63,051 nt of DNA, filler included, from Octopus bimaculoides (GCF_001194135.2; 5 parts of 5 records of this genome joined end to end with filler, not necessarily neighbours in it), one strand, 5' to 3'; numbered from the whole stretch's first letter, positions 12,316 to 25,699 are shown. Program-made: numbers and translations. The notes: generated by a model not told the origin, from the sequence alone.

Positions 12316-13028
12316 AGAAATATAGGAAATATAGAAGTTGAAAATACACTGAGAATAGTTAGATGTTTTTTATTATTATATTGAAAGATTTAACCAGTTT
12401 CACATAAAACATTCGGAACATTGATTGTTTAGTACTACCACTAAACTTGTTCAGTCAACCGTCTCAACCTTAACATACGAAGCTAAACATTGTCACTTGA
12501 TACTAACATACGAACGTAGCGAGGAACCTACAAAGATTTCTAAGACCAGCCATGTGACTATCTTCTACCAATCAAACCCTATTCAAAACATATACTAATT
12601 TGAATCATGAGTACAAGACACTAGCCCAAGGTGTCACGCAGTGGAACTGGTCCATTTAGGCAGTCCTTCACTTCGAGACGCTTGTGGGGTAGCCTGAAAT
12701 ACGGATTATAGGAAATCCTGGAAAATTCTATTGTCTTTGTTGCTATACCAATTTCATATAATTTCATTTTATTCGGGATATTTTCACCCGTTCTATTTTG
12801 CATTCTTTTTCATAATCAGCTCAAAATATTGTTTACCCCATATCATTTTTACCCCTATTAAGTTAACTTCACCTTCATTGATTATTATTCTTTTAACGAT
12901 TTCACAAACTTACTAATGTCTAAAAATATGAATTAGGTTTTATATGTGTGTGTGTGTGTGTATATGTGAGAATGTATATATACATATATACATATATAAA
13001 TACATGTTTATGTATGCATATATGTGTA

Positions 13029-13072
<44 letters not shown>

Positions 13073-13074
13073 AC

Positions 13075-15369
13075 ACTCACAAGCGCGCACATAAAAAAGT
13101 TCCTTGTACGTGTCTATAAGCGTACAGGAAAAAAGTTTGGAGCGGAGAAAACAGAAAAATGTGTGGAAAAATACAAAAACATTAACCCTATAATTATGTA
13201 AAAAACATTAAAATAATTAAAAAATATAAAAATATAAAAATATAAAATCCAGGTAAAAAAGATGAAAAGCTTATACATAGACACAATATAGAAACCTATC
13301 AGTACAGTCCTATCAACAGGTCCTATCAGTACAAATATTAAAAAATATATAAAAAAATATATATAAGAAATGTAAGTAATAATTATAGAGAGACACAAAA
13401 ATAAACTAAGGGGGACCAAAAACGTAGCAAATATTTGGCCACATGTGGTAGGGTCTAAGCTGCCTTTCCAGATGAGCCATCTTTCCATATGACATAGACC
13501 GCACCTTCCGCTGCCGCTGGTGTAAGGTTTACACTTGGCTAGGATCTTCCAATGGATGTTGTAACTGACACCTTTATCTTTTAAAGACCATATATGACTG
13601 GATAATTTTGTCGTTTTCCTTTTGTCCCGGTGCCTGAAACTCAAAGTGTGATTATTGTATCTGGCCTTGAAATTACCCTCTGTGAGGCCCACGTATTTCT
13701 TCGTGGAAACTGCGTTCTTAGTGGATACAGAATCTACGGTGGCTTCATAAATGATNNNNNNNNNNGGTAGGTGTATAGGTTATTCCCTCGTTAAAACCAC
13801 TATCTTTTAGAGCCTTATTATATACTGGGGCAACGCTATTGAAAATGTCCCTATCAGAGGAGAGGCTAGAGATGTTCTTAACTAAATTTTTAAACACTAT
13901 GGGGGGATGGCAGGAACCCACATTGATGTAACTAAGTCTATCGTTAGGCTTCCTATAAGGTTTATAAATATTCTTATTTAGATCTAGGGACACATCTAGG
14001 TAGTTGACAACCGTCAGGTTGGTATCTGTAATTATGCTAAGACCGAAGATTTTCATCAAATGGATAATATCCTTCCTGAACCGATCTTGTGCTGGTCCAT
14101 TTGTATTAGCGGTTAATGCTAGGGCATCATCTTTATAAATTGCGAAGTGTACGTTAGGAAAAGTCTTGCCTAACATATCTAGTAGGAATAGTCCAATAAG
14201 ATCGCATATGCTTGCTCCATCATATGACCCCATGCTCACATCGAAAGCACCCTCTGTATCGGTAGTCTTGACCCACTCTGCGTTTTCGCTGAAGAGTAAA
14301 GTCTTTCTATCATGGAAGATTATGTCTTTATCTTGTGTACTGATTTCTATAAATCCGCTTGTGAAGGTAAGGGCTTTATCTAGCAGTTCTTTGGAGATAG
14401 AAGCATAAAAATCAACAATATCGAACTACGTGAATCTCTCTTTATTCTTATTCTTAATAGCTTTAAACCAGTCGACGACTTCTATACTATTGGACTATTG
14501 TNNNNNNNNNNNNNNNNNNNNNNNNNNNNNNNNNNNNNNNNNNNNNNNNNNNNNNNNNNTTTCCCTAAAATTTCTTTACTAACAATACCAAGCTCTGATT
14601 TAGCTGGGTTAATAAGCCTACACTTAGGATTGGATAGGAAGTTCTTTTTATGGTCTTTGATAGTTATAAAGGCCTCTTTTTTGGGAAGGACCTCTATTTT
14701 TTTTATCTAATTTGAGTCTGGCGGCGATATTACTAGCTTCTTTATTAATATCGTTATAGGTTTGTGGTCTAGCCTTGGTGTAATTGTTGATGATGCTGTT
14801 ATGTAGGAGTCGTGAATATGTGTTGTTCTCTACTAAGTATAAGTTCTTGGTTTTGTCGGAAAAAAGTGCCTTTTGTTTGGAATTTTTTATGTGGTTAATG
14901 TCTTTTTTTCAGTTTCTGTTGGAAAGTGTTGAAAGACTTACGAAATATTAATTTGTCCATGATCTTCAGTAGGTCCGTTTCGAAGTCTTCCAAGCCTTTA
15001 ATTTTTGGAGGAAATTTCTTGGATTTAAATCTATAGAAAGTATTGTCTGTAGTATCCTCTTCCGCATTCCACATCATGGGCTTAATGAGGTCTGTAATTT
15101 TCTCCAAAAGTTTCTTAGAGTATATTTCTCTTGATGGTATCGGTATGGTTTTCATAGAATAATCGATAGGTGGGGCAGAGTCCTCAACCGATTACTGGCG
15201 ATCTTCCAAAAGTAAGCTGTATTAGCCCTTACGGAAAAAAGCGGTGTACGGGAGGTAACTATTTGACAGGAAGGACAACAAAAGAAAGTAAGAGACCTCG
15301 ATATTATGCAAATAGAGGAATTTATCTGTAAAAATATGACACTTATTCAGTAGCCATGATAAAACTCCG
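13075..15369 (-). mobile_element. Penelope-like element family B, near full length (N-terminus, RT, GIY-YIG, tail), degraded
   Basis: MKTIPIPSREIYSKKLLEKI (14895-15155); RT MSMGSYDGASICDLIGL..IYKDDAL..VNYLDVSLDL..YKPYRKPN..SCHPP (13745-14239); GIY-YIG KKYVGLTEGNFKARYNNHTLSF..TKLSSHIWSLK..RCGLC (13114-13755). Confidence 0.93.
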
Positions 15370-16410
15370 TTAAATTACCTGCTACCTTATACCTTTACCA
15401 AGGACTCTACCTACGCAGCTAATCACCAGGAGCGCCTTTGGATTTAACTATCCCTTAGAGGTTTTAAACATAAAAATAAACGAGGTTTTGACGGTTTTAT
15501 AGATATTTGAAAATTATGATGCTATGATGTTTCCATTATTTTGCCCAACTCCTATATAATTATTTTAGTATTTTCNNNNNNNNNNCCTTTGCAAATACTG
15601 ATAGGGCACAGAAAGTGTGTCAATAGATAGCTGGAAGAGGTGTCTTCCAGGGGCTACAAGCTACAGTAGCATTCACCCTTAGTGGTTTGCCACATTTAAG
15701 TGGAAAATATACTTCACGTCACGCACACATACGCACACGGACACACACATACAGACACACATAAACACACACGCGCATACACACACACGCACACGTACCT
15801 AACACTCACAATCCCACACACANNNNNNNNNNACATAAACACACACGCGCATACACACACACGCACACGTACCTAACACTCACAATCCCACACACATCAC
15901 AATCCCACACACACACATCCACACACATACACATACACACGCACACACACCTCCCACCAACACAACACACTCACACAGACACGCATACAATCACACACAC
16001 ATGGGCAGAAACAACACACGCATTTACAGAAGCAAACACACGCACACACGTACACAGCAACGCACATATACACAACATACACATACACATACACACACGC
16101 GCACGTACAAAATACACACACACGCACACGTACCCAACACCTACAACCCCACACAAACACACACACGCACGAACACATACTCAAAAACTGCCTGTTGATC
16201 TTCCACTGACCATTGTCCATAAGCACCCCTAACTATTCCTGCTACTAATTCCTTCCACTACGTCACACACACACACACACACACATACACACTAACAGAT
16301 AAGCCATCAAACCACGCACACACACACACACACATACATACGCACACACACGTTCTGNNNNNNNNNNAGAAGAAGAAGAAGAAGAAGAAGAAGAAGAAGA
16401 AGAAGAAGAA

Positions 16411-16985
16411 GCGGTATGATAGCAGTAAGATGTTAAATGGTCAAGTGCCCTGATAGTGACTTGTTGTGGATGGTAGTACTGATTGAATTCTTGAGATATC
16501 TCTTTTGAATATATTGTTTTTAATATTTGCGTGAGTGTTATTCTAGCAGCAGTAGTAGTAAAGTAAGGAAGGAAGTGGCAGAGAAGAAGAGAATAATAAA
16601 AGAATGCGGGAGTGGTATGGTAGTAGTAGGATGTTAAATGGTCAAGTGACCTAAAACTGGCTCGTTATGGATTATAAGTAGTGATTGGGACTGTTTTTAA
16701 TGAATTCTTCTGTATCTCTTTTGAATGTATCACTTTTAATATTTGCGTGGGTGTTATTCTAATGTCGTGGTGGATATGTCATTTGTTGTAGATGCGTTCA
16801 AAAGGGCTCTGTATTTTGTGATAAAGAACGACTCTTTACTAATTCGATGGCTACAGGTTGTATCATCACTGAATTGATAGAGGGGGAAAAATTCTGAAGC
16901 TTGGATTTTTGCTATTGGCGCAAATGACGATGTGTTGGCTGAATGTTATTTTTCTGTTTTTCAGTATTTTGATCTGGGATCTGTG
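16411..16985 (-). mobile_element. PLE GIY-YIG C-terminus plus duplicated 3' tail
   Basis: Minus strand PIAKIQASEFFPLYQFSDDTT..RISKESFFITKYRALLN resembles the end of the 25700-26438 element (FPFYQC..KEATFINKYLPQL). The tail contains two diverged units of about 140-150 bp. Confidence 0.5.
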
Positions 16986-16987
16986 CA

Positions 16988-17846
16988 AGAGGAGAATCCC
17001 AAAATTAATGTCTCCAAAAATACTTAGAAATTACAGAAACGTTTACTGTCAATGATGTTTACATCATTTTAACGTTTAAACATTTATCTATTTTTCTACA
17101 TAATTGCCATTTCGGTCGATGCATTTTTGTAGGCACTGGGGTAGTTTTTGTATGCTCATGTCATACTAGCTCATGTCGTTGAGGAAGCGTTGAACCTCAT
17201 CTTTTACCTCGTCATCGTTGCTGAAGCGCATTCCGTCCAAATGCTCTTTCAACTTAGGGAACAGGTGGTAGGCACTGGATACCAAGTCCTGACTGTAATG
17301 TGGGTTGCCGTTTATGGTCTTCTGTGAGCATTCGTGGGGCATATCTTGCGCATCTTCCGATATTGCAACTTTTCACTCAAAGCCCAACCTCAAGAACTAG
17401 AATGCAGAGATCATCCAGAGTCATCCGCCGATTTTCACGTAGGATTTGATCAACATTCGCGACTGTCTCGTCGGAAATTGATAGTCGCCCGCTTCTCTCT
17501 TCGTCATGAATTTCAGTACGACCAACTTCAAACTCACTACATCACTTGCAGACTTTTTGACATACATTCATGACTCGCCATAAACTTTCGTTAATTGGCG
17601 ATTAATTTCAATGGTTTTAATGCCTTTTGCGTTCAAAAACCGAATAACTGCGTTAACTTCAGACTTGGCGGTAACGCCAATCGGAGCTCCATCAAATACG
17701 ACTGCCAAGCCAAGACTGAGCGTGCCAGCGAGGTGCGCGCTGGGGCAGACGCATGCGCAACAAATCACAACAATGTTGCCAACAGTCGCACGCAGTTTCC
17801 CTGCGTCCCGAGCACTTTGGAGAGCTTACTTTTGGAATTACCCTCG
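16988..17846 (-). mobile_element. mariner (DD34D type), internally deleted, about 860 bp
   Basis: TIR TA|CGAGGGTAATTCCAAAAGTAAG at 17846 with a decayed counterpart at 16988. N-terminus VIRFLNAKG..EINRQLTKVYGES..DEERSGR is joined directly to C-terminus PHYSQDL..YHLFPKLKEHL..KCIDRNGNYVEK. Confidence 0.9.
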
Positions 17847-17949
17847 TACATACATAAATTCACATCAAGATACATATATACATCATAACGTATATACGCA
17901 TACAGACATATTTAAAAACTGTCTGGTGTATAGAATATTGAAATAAGAA

Positions 17950-18632
17950 AATTGTACAATAAATTAATGTAATATAATTAAATATAATATAAATATATAA
18001 ATTTGAAATAATAATTTAACATTTAAATATGAAAATGAGTAAAAAATGAGTAAAAATTTAACCTCGGCAAAATTTAAATTTAAATTTGCAAAACAATCGA
18101 GGGCTTTCTTAAAGTTGAATGTAAAATATGAAGGTGAAATGTTACCAGCATTGTAATAGTAAAAGATGTCTATATTTTAGGTGTAAAAGCCAAATTCAAA
18201 TGCGAAAGTCAAAACAATTTTTAGAAAGTCAAAGAAATTTTTGCGCATAAGGTTTTTTCAGTTGACATTTTGAACCACGTAGCGAACCTTCAGGAATTTT
18301 AAAATTCTCGTCTTCGGTTCAACTTATGTTTATCCTGGAACAGGATGAAGAGTTTTTCTGAGAGGCAAAGATTGCATTTCATTGGTCTTCTATATGCTCC
18401 ATGATTTGAATGAATTTTCTGAAGTTCCAGTACATGTTTTATATTCTTGTGAGCCATTCATTTGTACTTAACTCTATAAACTATTCCTTTTTCGAGACAT
18501 TTTCCTTCTAACCGACAGCAACTCTTATCTTTGCGATTGCAATTCTTCTGGGTAAATTCAACACTGTTGTTGTTTCTAATGATTTTTGTGTTGCGCTGAT
18601 TAATAAATGTGAAGTTTTTGCAACAAGAATGG
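17950..18632 (-). mobile_element. Penelope-like element family A, 3' fragment with internal deletion
   Basis: Reverse complement aligns to about 2400-3150 (SYSCCKNF, C.LEGKCLEKG, RPMKCNLCLSEK, tail). It lacks roughly 145 bp of the endonuclease present in that copy. Confidence 0.8.
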
Positions 18633-18635
18633 CTA

Positions 18636-18640
18636 TATAC

Positions 18641-18671
<31 letters not shown>

Positions 18672-18761
18672 GGCAGGCAGGCAGGCAGGCAGGCAGACAG
18701 ACAGGCAGGCAGACAGGCAGGCAGACAGACAGGCAGGCAGGAAGGTAAGTAGGTAGGTAGG

Positions 18762-18815
<54 letters not shown>
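18636..18815. repeat. Compound tetranucleotide microsatellite (CAGA)n(CAGG)n(TAGG)n(TAGA)n
   Basis: Directly visible. Confidence 0.95.
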
Positions 18816-19575
18816 TGGAAAGGTTCCGATTTCTATTACTCTGATCACCAGAGACAGAGAAAAATATGTTGCTTAATCAATAGGTTTTATTGATGTAAGT
18901 TTGAATAAATATATGAGCGGCTACTCGTACTCCACCAACTTACTTCTCTATCAACAAGATAAATGAACTATTGCTGTCACAAAAGGTAAGCCTTGTTAAA
19001 GAATTTTATGTCACTGGTAGCTGACAATCTAAATATACCCTACTAGGCCTGGCTGCCCTCACTCAAGCGCAATGTGTTTAATCCCTGATGTCCATTATGT
19101 AAACTATAACCCACCCATGTTGGCCCATCAAATATGGTTGCTACCACATAAAGACTGCTACCACTGGTGCGTTAACATTCCACTGAACGATGTCTGAGCT
19201 ACCAACCCGCAACAACCTAAATATATATAGTACTAAATATAATAAACTGATATCGCTGAATAAATTATACTGCAGTTTGCTGCCAAAGTGGCGAGAGCTC
19301 TCTGCCAACATTTTGTCCGAGAACATGAGCCTAAGAATAAAGAAACGCATTGATTTCGCTTCCATAGTATTAAACTACTTGACCTAAAATGATCAACAGA
19401 ATCCAATCATCTAGAAGCTGTCTTGAATTTATCCCAAATCCGTTACCCTTCTCTCAGTATTTGAGAAGGGTTAGTCCTCAGCACTCACAAACTCATACGG
19501 AGTTGATGCAAACTGTTATATATAGAATACCTGTATGGTATTGACGGCTTCTACCTCCGAAGAGTCTGATGTTAT

Positions 19576-19697
<122 letters not shown>

Positions 19698-20599
19698 AAT
19701 GCTCTTTAAATGTTCATCCTCTGAAGCAATTGCGTCAGTGCCAAAATATATAGAAGAGAAGATATGGAGCAATTATGATAGACTGGACAGTCAATGCTGA
19801 AGGACGCTGACACGTTATTTCGTGAGATCAACGAACAGATGCCGTTTTACAGTGTAGCGATACAGCTTCTGAACACAGGACCGAAACCAATTGTCCTTAG
19901 GACATCCGCCTCCAGTTCATTGACCTCTGAAAGAATCAGAGAGTACGTACCCGTCGCGTTCTATCATTGACCAAAATTTTTATTTGTTTCTATATGCGCT
20001 ACCACTACTCGAGTTTCACACTATTGAGTTTCACAGTCCATGCCTTAGTGAAACAACGTTTCCTTCATGTTACGCGTTAAAGGTTTTCTCTTCTGACTAA
20101 TTCTTTCTGTACTCTATTATTCTCTATACGTATCTGTTTAAAATCTAGAGAAATTTCTTATATTTTTTCTCTTTATCATGACCAATCACCTGTTGTTGGT
20201 GGAGGATATCATTCACCCCTGCTTAAATGATTTGGTATTCTAGTCTCTAAACTTCTCCCGTGCCTTAGTGCACGCGTTCAGCTTCCAATAATTGAGTCTC
20301 TGTCTAACCTCACATAGTCCCTGTGTGCGTCAAAAAGGTCTTCCAATCGCCCACTTACAAAAGAAATGTTCCTAGGAATGTAACCAAATGTCTAAAAATA
20401 TTTGGCATGCCCGTTCCAGTCGGAGGTAAGCAGTCATAAATCTGATGGTCCCTGAATTTCTCTCATTGCTGCTCGCATCCAAGACTGACAAGCAATGTTT
20501 AGTAGTGCTTATTCAAAGTGCTGTGACAGCCGTCTTTTTCAATCTGGAATAACAAAGTTTGCAGTTTTAACTTAGATGTATAGTAATAATACACTAAAA

Positions 20600-21000
20600 T
20601 TACAATAACCTAAGACAGTTATAATTGCCTCTCCTAAATAAAGTCTCCAATCTTCTGGAATCTACCTCATATATGTTGAATTGCGGCTTTTCGTTTCTAG
20701 GATCACTTGTATTTACTCTCTCTTTTCGAACAGGAAGAGGCCTGATCCCCAGATGCCACCAATACCTGAATCACCTGAGACATTTCCATTTTATTCTGCT
20801 GAAGAGTGGACTTGAGTGTTATAATTTCCTCTACCATCACCACCACTCGGCATGGTCCCTGTGGGGAATAATGTGATCCGTATTTTTGCTATCAGAAGAG
20901 CTTTTACACTCGATTGATTGACATTACATCACTGACACAGTCCATCCTCTAACCCACAAATGTGTTATCTCCTTGTTTTTTTCTATCATTACTATATTGA
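20600..21000 (-). mobile_element. Possible LINE AP-endonuclease remnant
   Basis: Minus strand GGDGRGNYNTQVHSS..GNVSGDSGIGG resembles MGDFNAQVG..G..G.G of RTE/L2 endonucleases. Weak. Confidence 0.27.
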
Positions 21001-21759
21001 TTTCTGCTTCACGGAGGTAGCTGATGTCCTCCTCCATGTTACAAGTGCTCCGGTCCACTTAGCTCTCCATCTCTCGCCACTCTGTACGTCCCCACCCCAT
21101 GGTCTTCGCAGAAGAGCAATAGCAAAACAAGCAACTTCTAAACACTAAATGAACTATAACAAAAGTTATAGTTCGTTTTGAACTCGGAGTAACTTTGAAT
21201 TGCACTCTCCCGTTGAAGGAGCATGTAACTAAATTGAATGTCAATTCACGAAATTAGATCATACTGAAACTGACGAACTCTAGACAGTGAGTCACAACAT
21301 GCGCACAAAACCTACAGGCCTTGTACTCTTTCTCTGCAAAATATGTACACCATTTTGGGAAGAATGCTGAGGAACACCTGCCGCATGATTCTTGAACGCT
21401 TGAAATCCACATACAGAGGCAATTTGCATCTTCTTGCTGATGTTGTCCGATTGACGAGATAGAAATTTACTAATGGTGTCTAAATAACAAAGATTGTTAA
21501 TTATTAACGACATTATAGTACATGGTAACATGAGTGCCAACCATGGACTTAACAACTGAAATCAATAATAAAGTTTTTTTTCTCATTAATATTCAACTAC
21601 TATTCATTCCAGATTTCAGCTTTGGATGGAGAAATTTGAAAATAACACTTAGCTAAATTATGTGAATATCTCTCTAGAAGACATCTCTTCGGTTTCAGAA
21701 GCAACATGTGTTCAGTGGAAGACAATCCCAGAAGACCAATATGAATGATTCGAGACACT

Positions 21760-21810
<51 letters not shown>

Positions 21811-21840
21811 TGCACTATAATATATATATAAATGCATTAT

Positions 21841-21883
<43 letters not shown>

Positions 21884-22405
21884 AATGCATTACATATATA
21901 TTATTTATACACATACATACATACATACATACATACATACATACATACATACATACATACATACATACATACATACATACTTGCATGTGTACACGATTTC
22001 ATAAGTATGCATATATGTATAAGACCTTTTATGAATACATAGTTGAATTTTTGTTTCGTAATTATCTTTCAGGTAGTTGTACAGTGGATGATATAGTTAA
22101 AAACAGAGAGCGTGCAAGAGGACAAATACGTTAGAAAAAGAAAAGAGATAAGCGGTTACGGGGGTGGACAGGTAGGTTTCTCGTCATTTTGGCTCCATAC
22201 ATGTTAATATTTCTGCCAAACAATAAAAGTTGCCGCCATTATTACAAGATAGTGAGTGGATTAGAAAATAATTTCAATCATTTTAAGGAAAGAAAACAAA
22301 ATCAACCACTAATGTACAAAAACATACCTTATAGACATACTCATGTATATGTGTGTACGTGTGTATGTGTACGTATATGTGTGTTTCTGTATATGTGTGT
22401 GTGTT

Positions 22406-22497
<92 letters not shown>

Positions 22498-23074
22498 AAT
22501 TGATATGTTTACTGTGTATGCGCATATTTGCCTCTCTCTAAGTATACATATATAGTGAATATTTAGACACATCTACACACACTGGCATATATATATATAT
22601 ATATACATACATACACACATATATACATATATTCATTTGTATAATATATATGCGCATATGTGCGAATATAAGTATTTGTCTGTACCTATATATGCGAGTG
22701 TCGATGTATGCTTTTGTTTTCTAAAGATATAACGATAGAAAAAAAGGTTTAGAAAATTAACTTTTATTTCCGTTCTTATCATTTCTTTGTATGCAAGAAA
22801 CAAATCTTAAGAAAAATGCTACTGACTATATATTTCCTGTCTCCTTATCTTATTCTTTTGCCATTTCTGTATTTCTGATTTTGTTTCTTTAATTTTTCTG
22901 TATGTATGTGTAAATTCATTTACAGATAATGAAAAGAGGTAGATTCCATTAAGACTTTTTAAGGAATTCTTGACAGGGCTTTATTGTAGCTATCACCATT
23001 GCTTTCTCTATATCTTTTACTTCCTTTTCTTCTATTTTACGTTTATCATTATTGTTGTTGTTATTGTCGTTGTT

Positions 23075-23108
23075 AACATCATCATCAACATTATCATCAT
23101 CATCATCC

Positions 23109-23193
<85 letters not shown>

Positions 23194-23195
23194 TA
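23075..23195. repeat. (ATC)n microsatellite
   Basis: Directly visible. Confidence 0.95.
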
Positions 23196-23384
23196 GCATT
23201 TTCATCATCATTATTGTTGCTATTGCTTTGTTTTCGTCTTCTAATTATTACAATTATGGTCAGTATTAATACTACTAATGGTAATTCTAATATTAATTTG
23301 CTATTAGCACTGTTGTTAATGTATATATTGAATATATACGATTTTTATATTAATATTCGCATTATCCTTATAAATACGTACAAT

Positions 23385-23393
23385 TAATATTAC

Positions 23394-23465
<72 letters not shown>

Positions 23466-24420
23466 CATTTATTGTCTTTGCATAGCTTCTAACGCTGTAG
23501 TTGTACTACGTTGTCAGTTGTTCACTACCAGTGAACTAAGGTATCACATTTTATTTTTAGATCACCTTCCGGAGTATTAGAGCGGTTCCAAGCAGGGCTG
23601 TTTTCTGCAAGTGCTCCACCCTTATTGCAGCCCCTGTTTGTTCCATGTACTTCTCAAGATTTTTAATCATGGTTGCCAGGGCTCCGACAATTATTGGTAC
23701 TACTACCTTTTTCAGCGACCATAACTGCCTAACCTCCAAAGCTAACCTGTTATATCTATCAATTTTCTTTCTTCCTTATCGCATACCTTGTTGTCAGCTG
23801 GGCATGCTATATCTATGATCCAGCATAGTTTGCTTTCTTTTTCAATTTAGACTATCTCTGGTTTCCTATTCTCTATCACATAGTCGTACTGGATCATAAA
23901 ATTCCATATGACATTTGCATTATCGTTTTCGAGTTTATGTTCGTACCACGTTTGGACTTGCTCTGTCAAGTCCATACTTGTTGCAAAGTGTCCAATAGAC
24001 AATCCTTGCTATATTGTCATGACGTCTCTTATATTCTTTCTGGAGTAGTGGCGTACATTGACTGGTAACATGACATACGGTTTCACCATTTTGTTCACAA
24101 ATTCTGCACTTATCACTTTCTGATGTGTTGTCTATTCTGTATTTGATGTAATTGGTTCTTAATGCTTGCTCTTGGGCAGCACAGATTACAGTCACCGTTT
24201 CCGGTTTTCAATCACATTTATTCATCCATAACCATCTTTCTTTGTCTTAACTTCAACATCTCTATGAAATTGTCTATGCATTCTTTTCTTTATCCACTTA
24301 TCATTCATTCTAAAGTGCTTGTACAGTGTTTGTATCTTTGCAATATTCCATCCTACACAAGCCTGACCGTCTTACTTCCAATAATAGCGATTCTGTGGCA
24401 TTTTTTACATACCATGTAAA
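23385..24420 (-). mobile_element. R4/Dong-type non-LTR retrotransposon 3' end (CCHC finger plus restriction-like endonuclease) ending in (TAA)n
   Basis: KPETVTVICAAQEQALRTN, KCRIC..ETVCHVTSQC..YKRRHD, NRKPEIV..CWIIDIACPAD..EEKIDRY, VPIIVGAL..LQKTALLGTA. A short 3' UTR runs into (ATT)n at about 23385-23465. Confidence 0.87.
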
Positions 24421-25622
24421 AGCGCTTAAAGATGGTAATTATTCCCTGGTCCATTGGTTGCAACAGCGAGGTAGCGTTAGAAGGAGGAAGATAACTGTAA
24501 CGTTGGGATGGAAATCTCCGATGTCTTTCGGGTGGCCAGGAGCGTTATCTAAGACAAACAGAATTTTAAAAGGAATCCCTTTAGCCTTACAGTACTTTTC
24601 TGCTTCAGGAACAAAATGATTGAAAAGCCATTCTTCAAAAATTATGACAGTGACCCAAGTCTTTGAATTGGCCATCCCTATTATAGGAAGAGATGCTTTG
24701 GATATGTTCTTAAAAACTCGGGGGTTCTGCACCTGACGCGCGAACAGCGGTTTTAGCTTGCAATAGCCTACACAATTACCTCTCAACATTAAGGTCAAAC
24801 GTTCTTTTGATACTTTGTAGCAAGGAATTCTTTTCTCTTCTTTAGAAATGAAAGATCGATCTGGTAATTTCTTCAGTAGATACCGGTCTCAACATTGAAT
24901 ATTTGTTCTGGTAGAAATCCATATCTTCAATAATCTTCGCTAATATAGCAGGAAATTTCATCGCAGCAACATTGCCAGCTGATGCGCTTTCACCTTATTT
25001 TTTGAGAGAGTGCAAATTCTGCCGCTGCTTAAACCTTATAAACCAGCCCTCACTTGCCTCATCTGGATATTTCTTTTTCAAATCTTCAAACAAAGACAAT
25101 ACTTTCTCCTGAATAATTTCCTGACTACAATTTGCTTGCTAACGATTCTGCCATTCAGCCCAAAAGGCAAGAAGCTACTCCATCTCTTCGTAGATTAGTC
25201 CTCTTTTCTTGTTGATGATGGTGTTTTTCATCCCTGGAGCATCATCTTTCATAGGTGCCATAATCCTATCTCTATCGTGCACAATCGTTGATACAGTCGT
25301 ACGGCTCATCCCAAACGATCGTGCAACGGCTACAATCTTTCACCCTCTTCATATCATGTTATCACACACACTTTATCTTCCAACAATATGGCTTTACGCT
25401 TAATATTTCATTAGGATTCTTCTTCGGTGTCATGGGGCTAAAATGTAAATCACAAAAATAATTGTACAAAATTTTACAGCACTGTCGACGTGAACACATT
25501 TGCATTTTCATTTATTTTCCGGAGACGAATACGAACGTAACCAATCGATACAACTCGGAACTAACAGTACAGTATAGTATGAACGTTATTGCTGTTTTGC
25601 CAGGCTACGTAAATTAATACTG
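24420..25622 (-). mobile_element. Tigger/pogo DNA transposon, 3' truncated
   Basis: ATG at 25433 (MTPKKNP). ASEGWFIRFKQR, LFWKKLPDRSFISKEEK..KERLTLML, WVT..IFEEWLFNHFVPE..KILFVLDNAPGHP and LQPMDQGII are pogo DDE motifs. Confidence 0.88.
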
Positions 25623-25699
25623 TATTTAATATTTATTTAATATTTTAGAGAGACTGACGTATCTTCCGAAATGACACAAAATTATCAAAAGCAAAATGC

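Noticed and set aside
15587-15720. Possible CR1/L2 fragment; also a possible PLE endonuclease tail at about 62450-62660
   Set aside because: Similarity is too short and degenerate to support by eye.
15760-15895. Tandem duplication around a 10-N gap (similar case at 57730-57990)
   Set aside because: Identical sequence on both sides of a minimal gap indicates unmerged contig overlap.
19780-19905. Hammerhead candidate ending GAAACCAATTGTC
   Set aside because: No CUGANGA with a matching stem I upstream.
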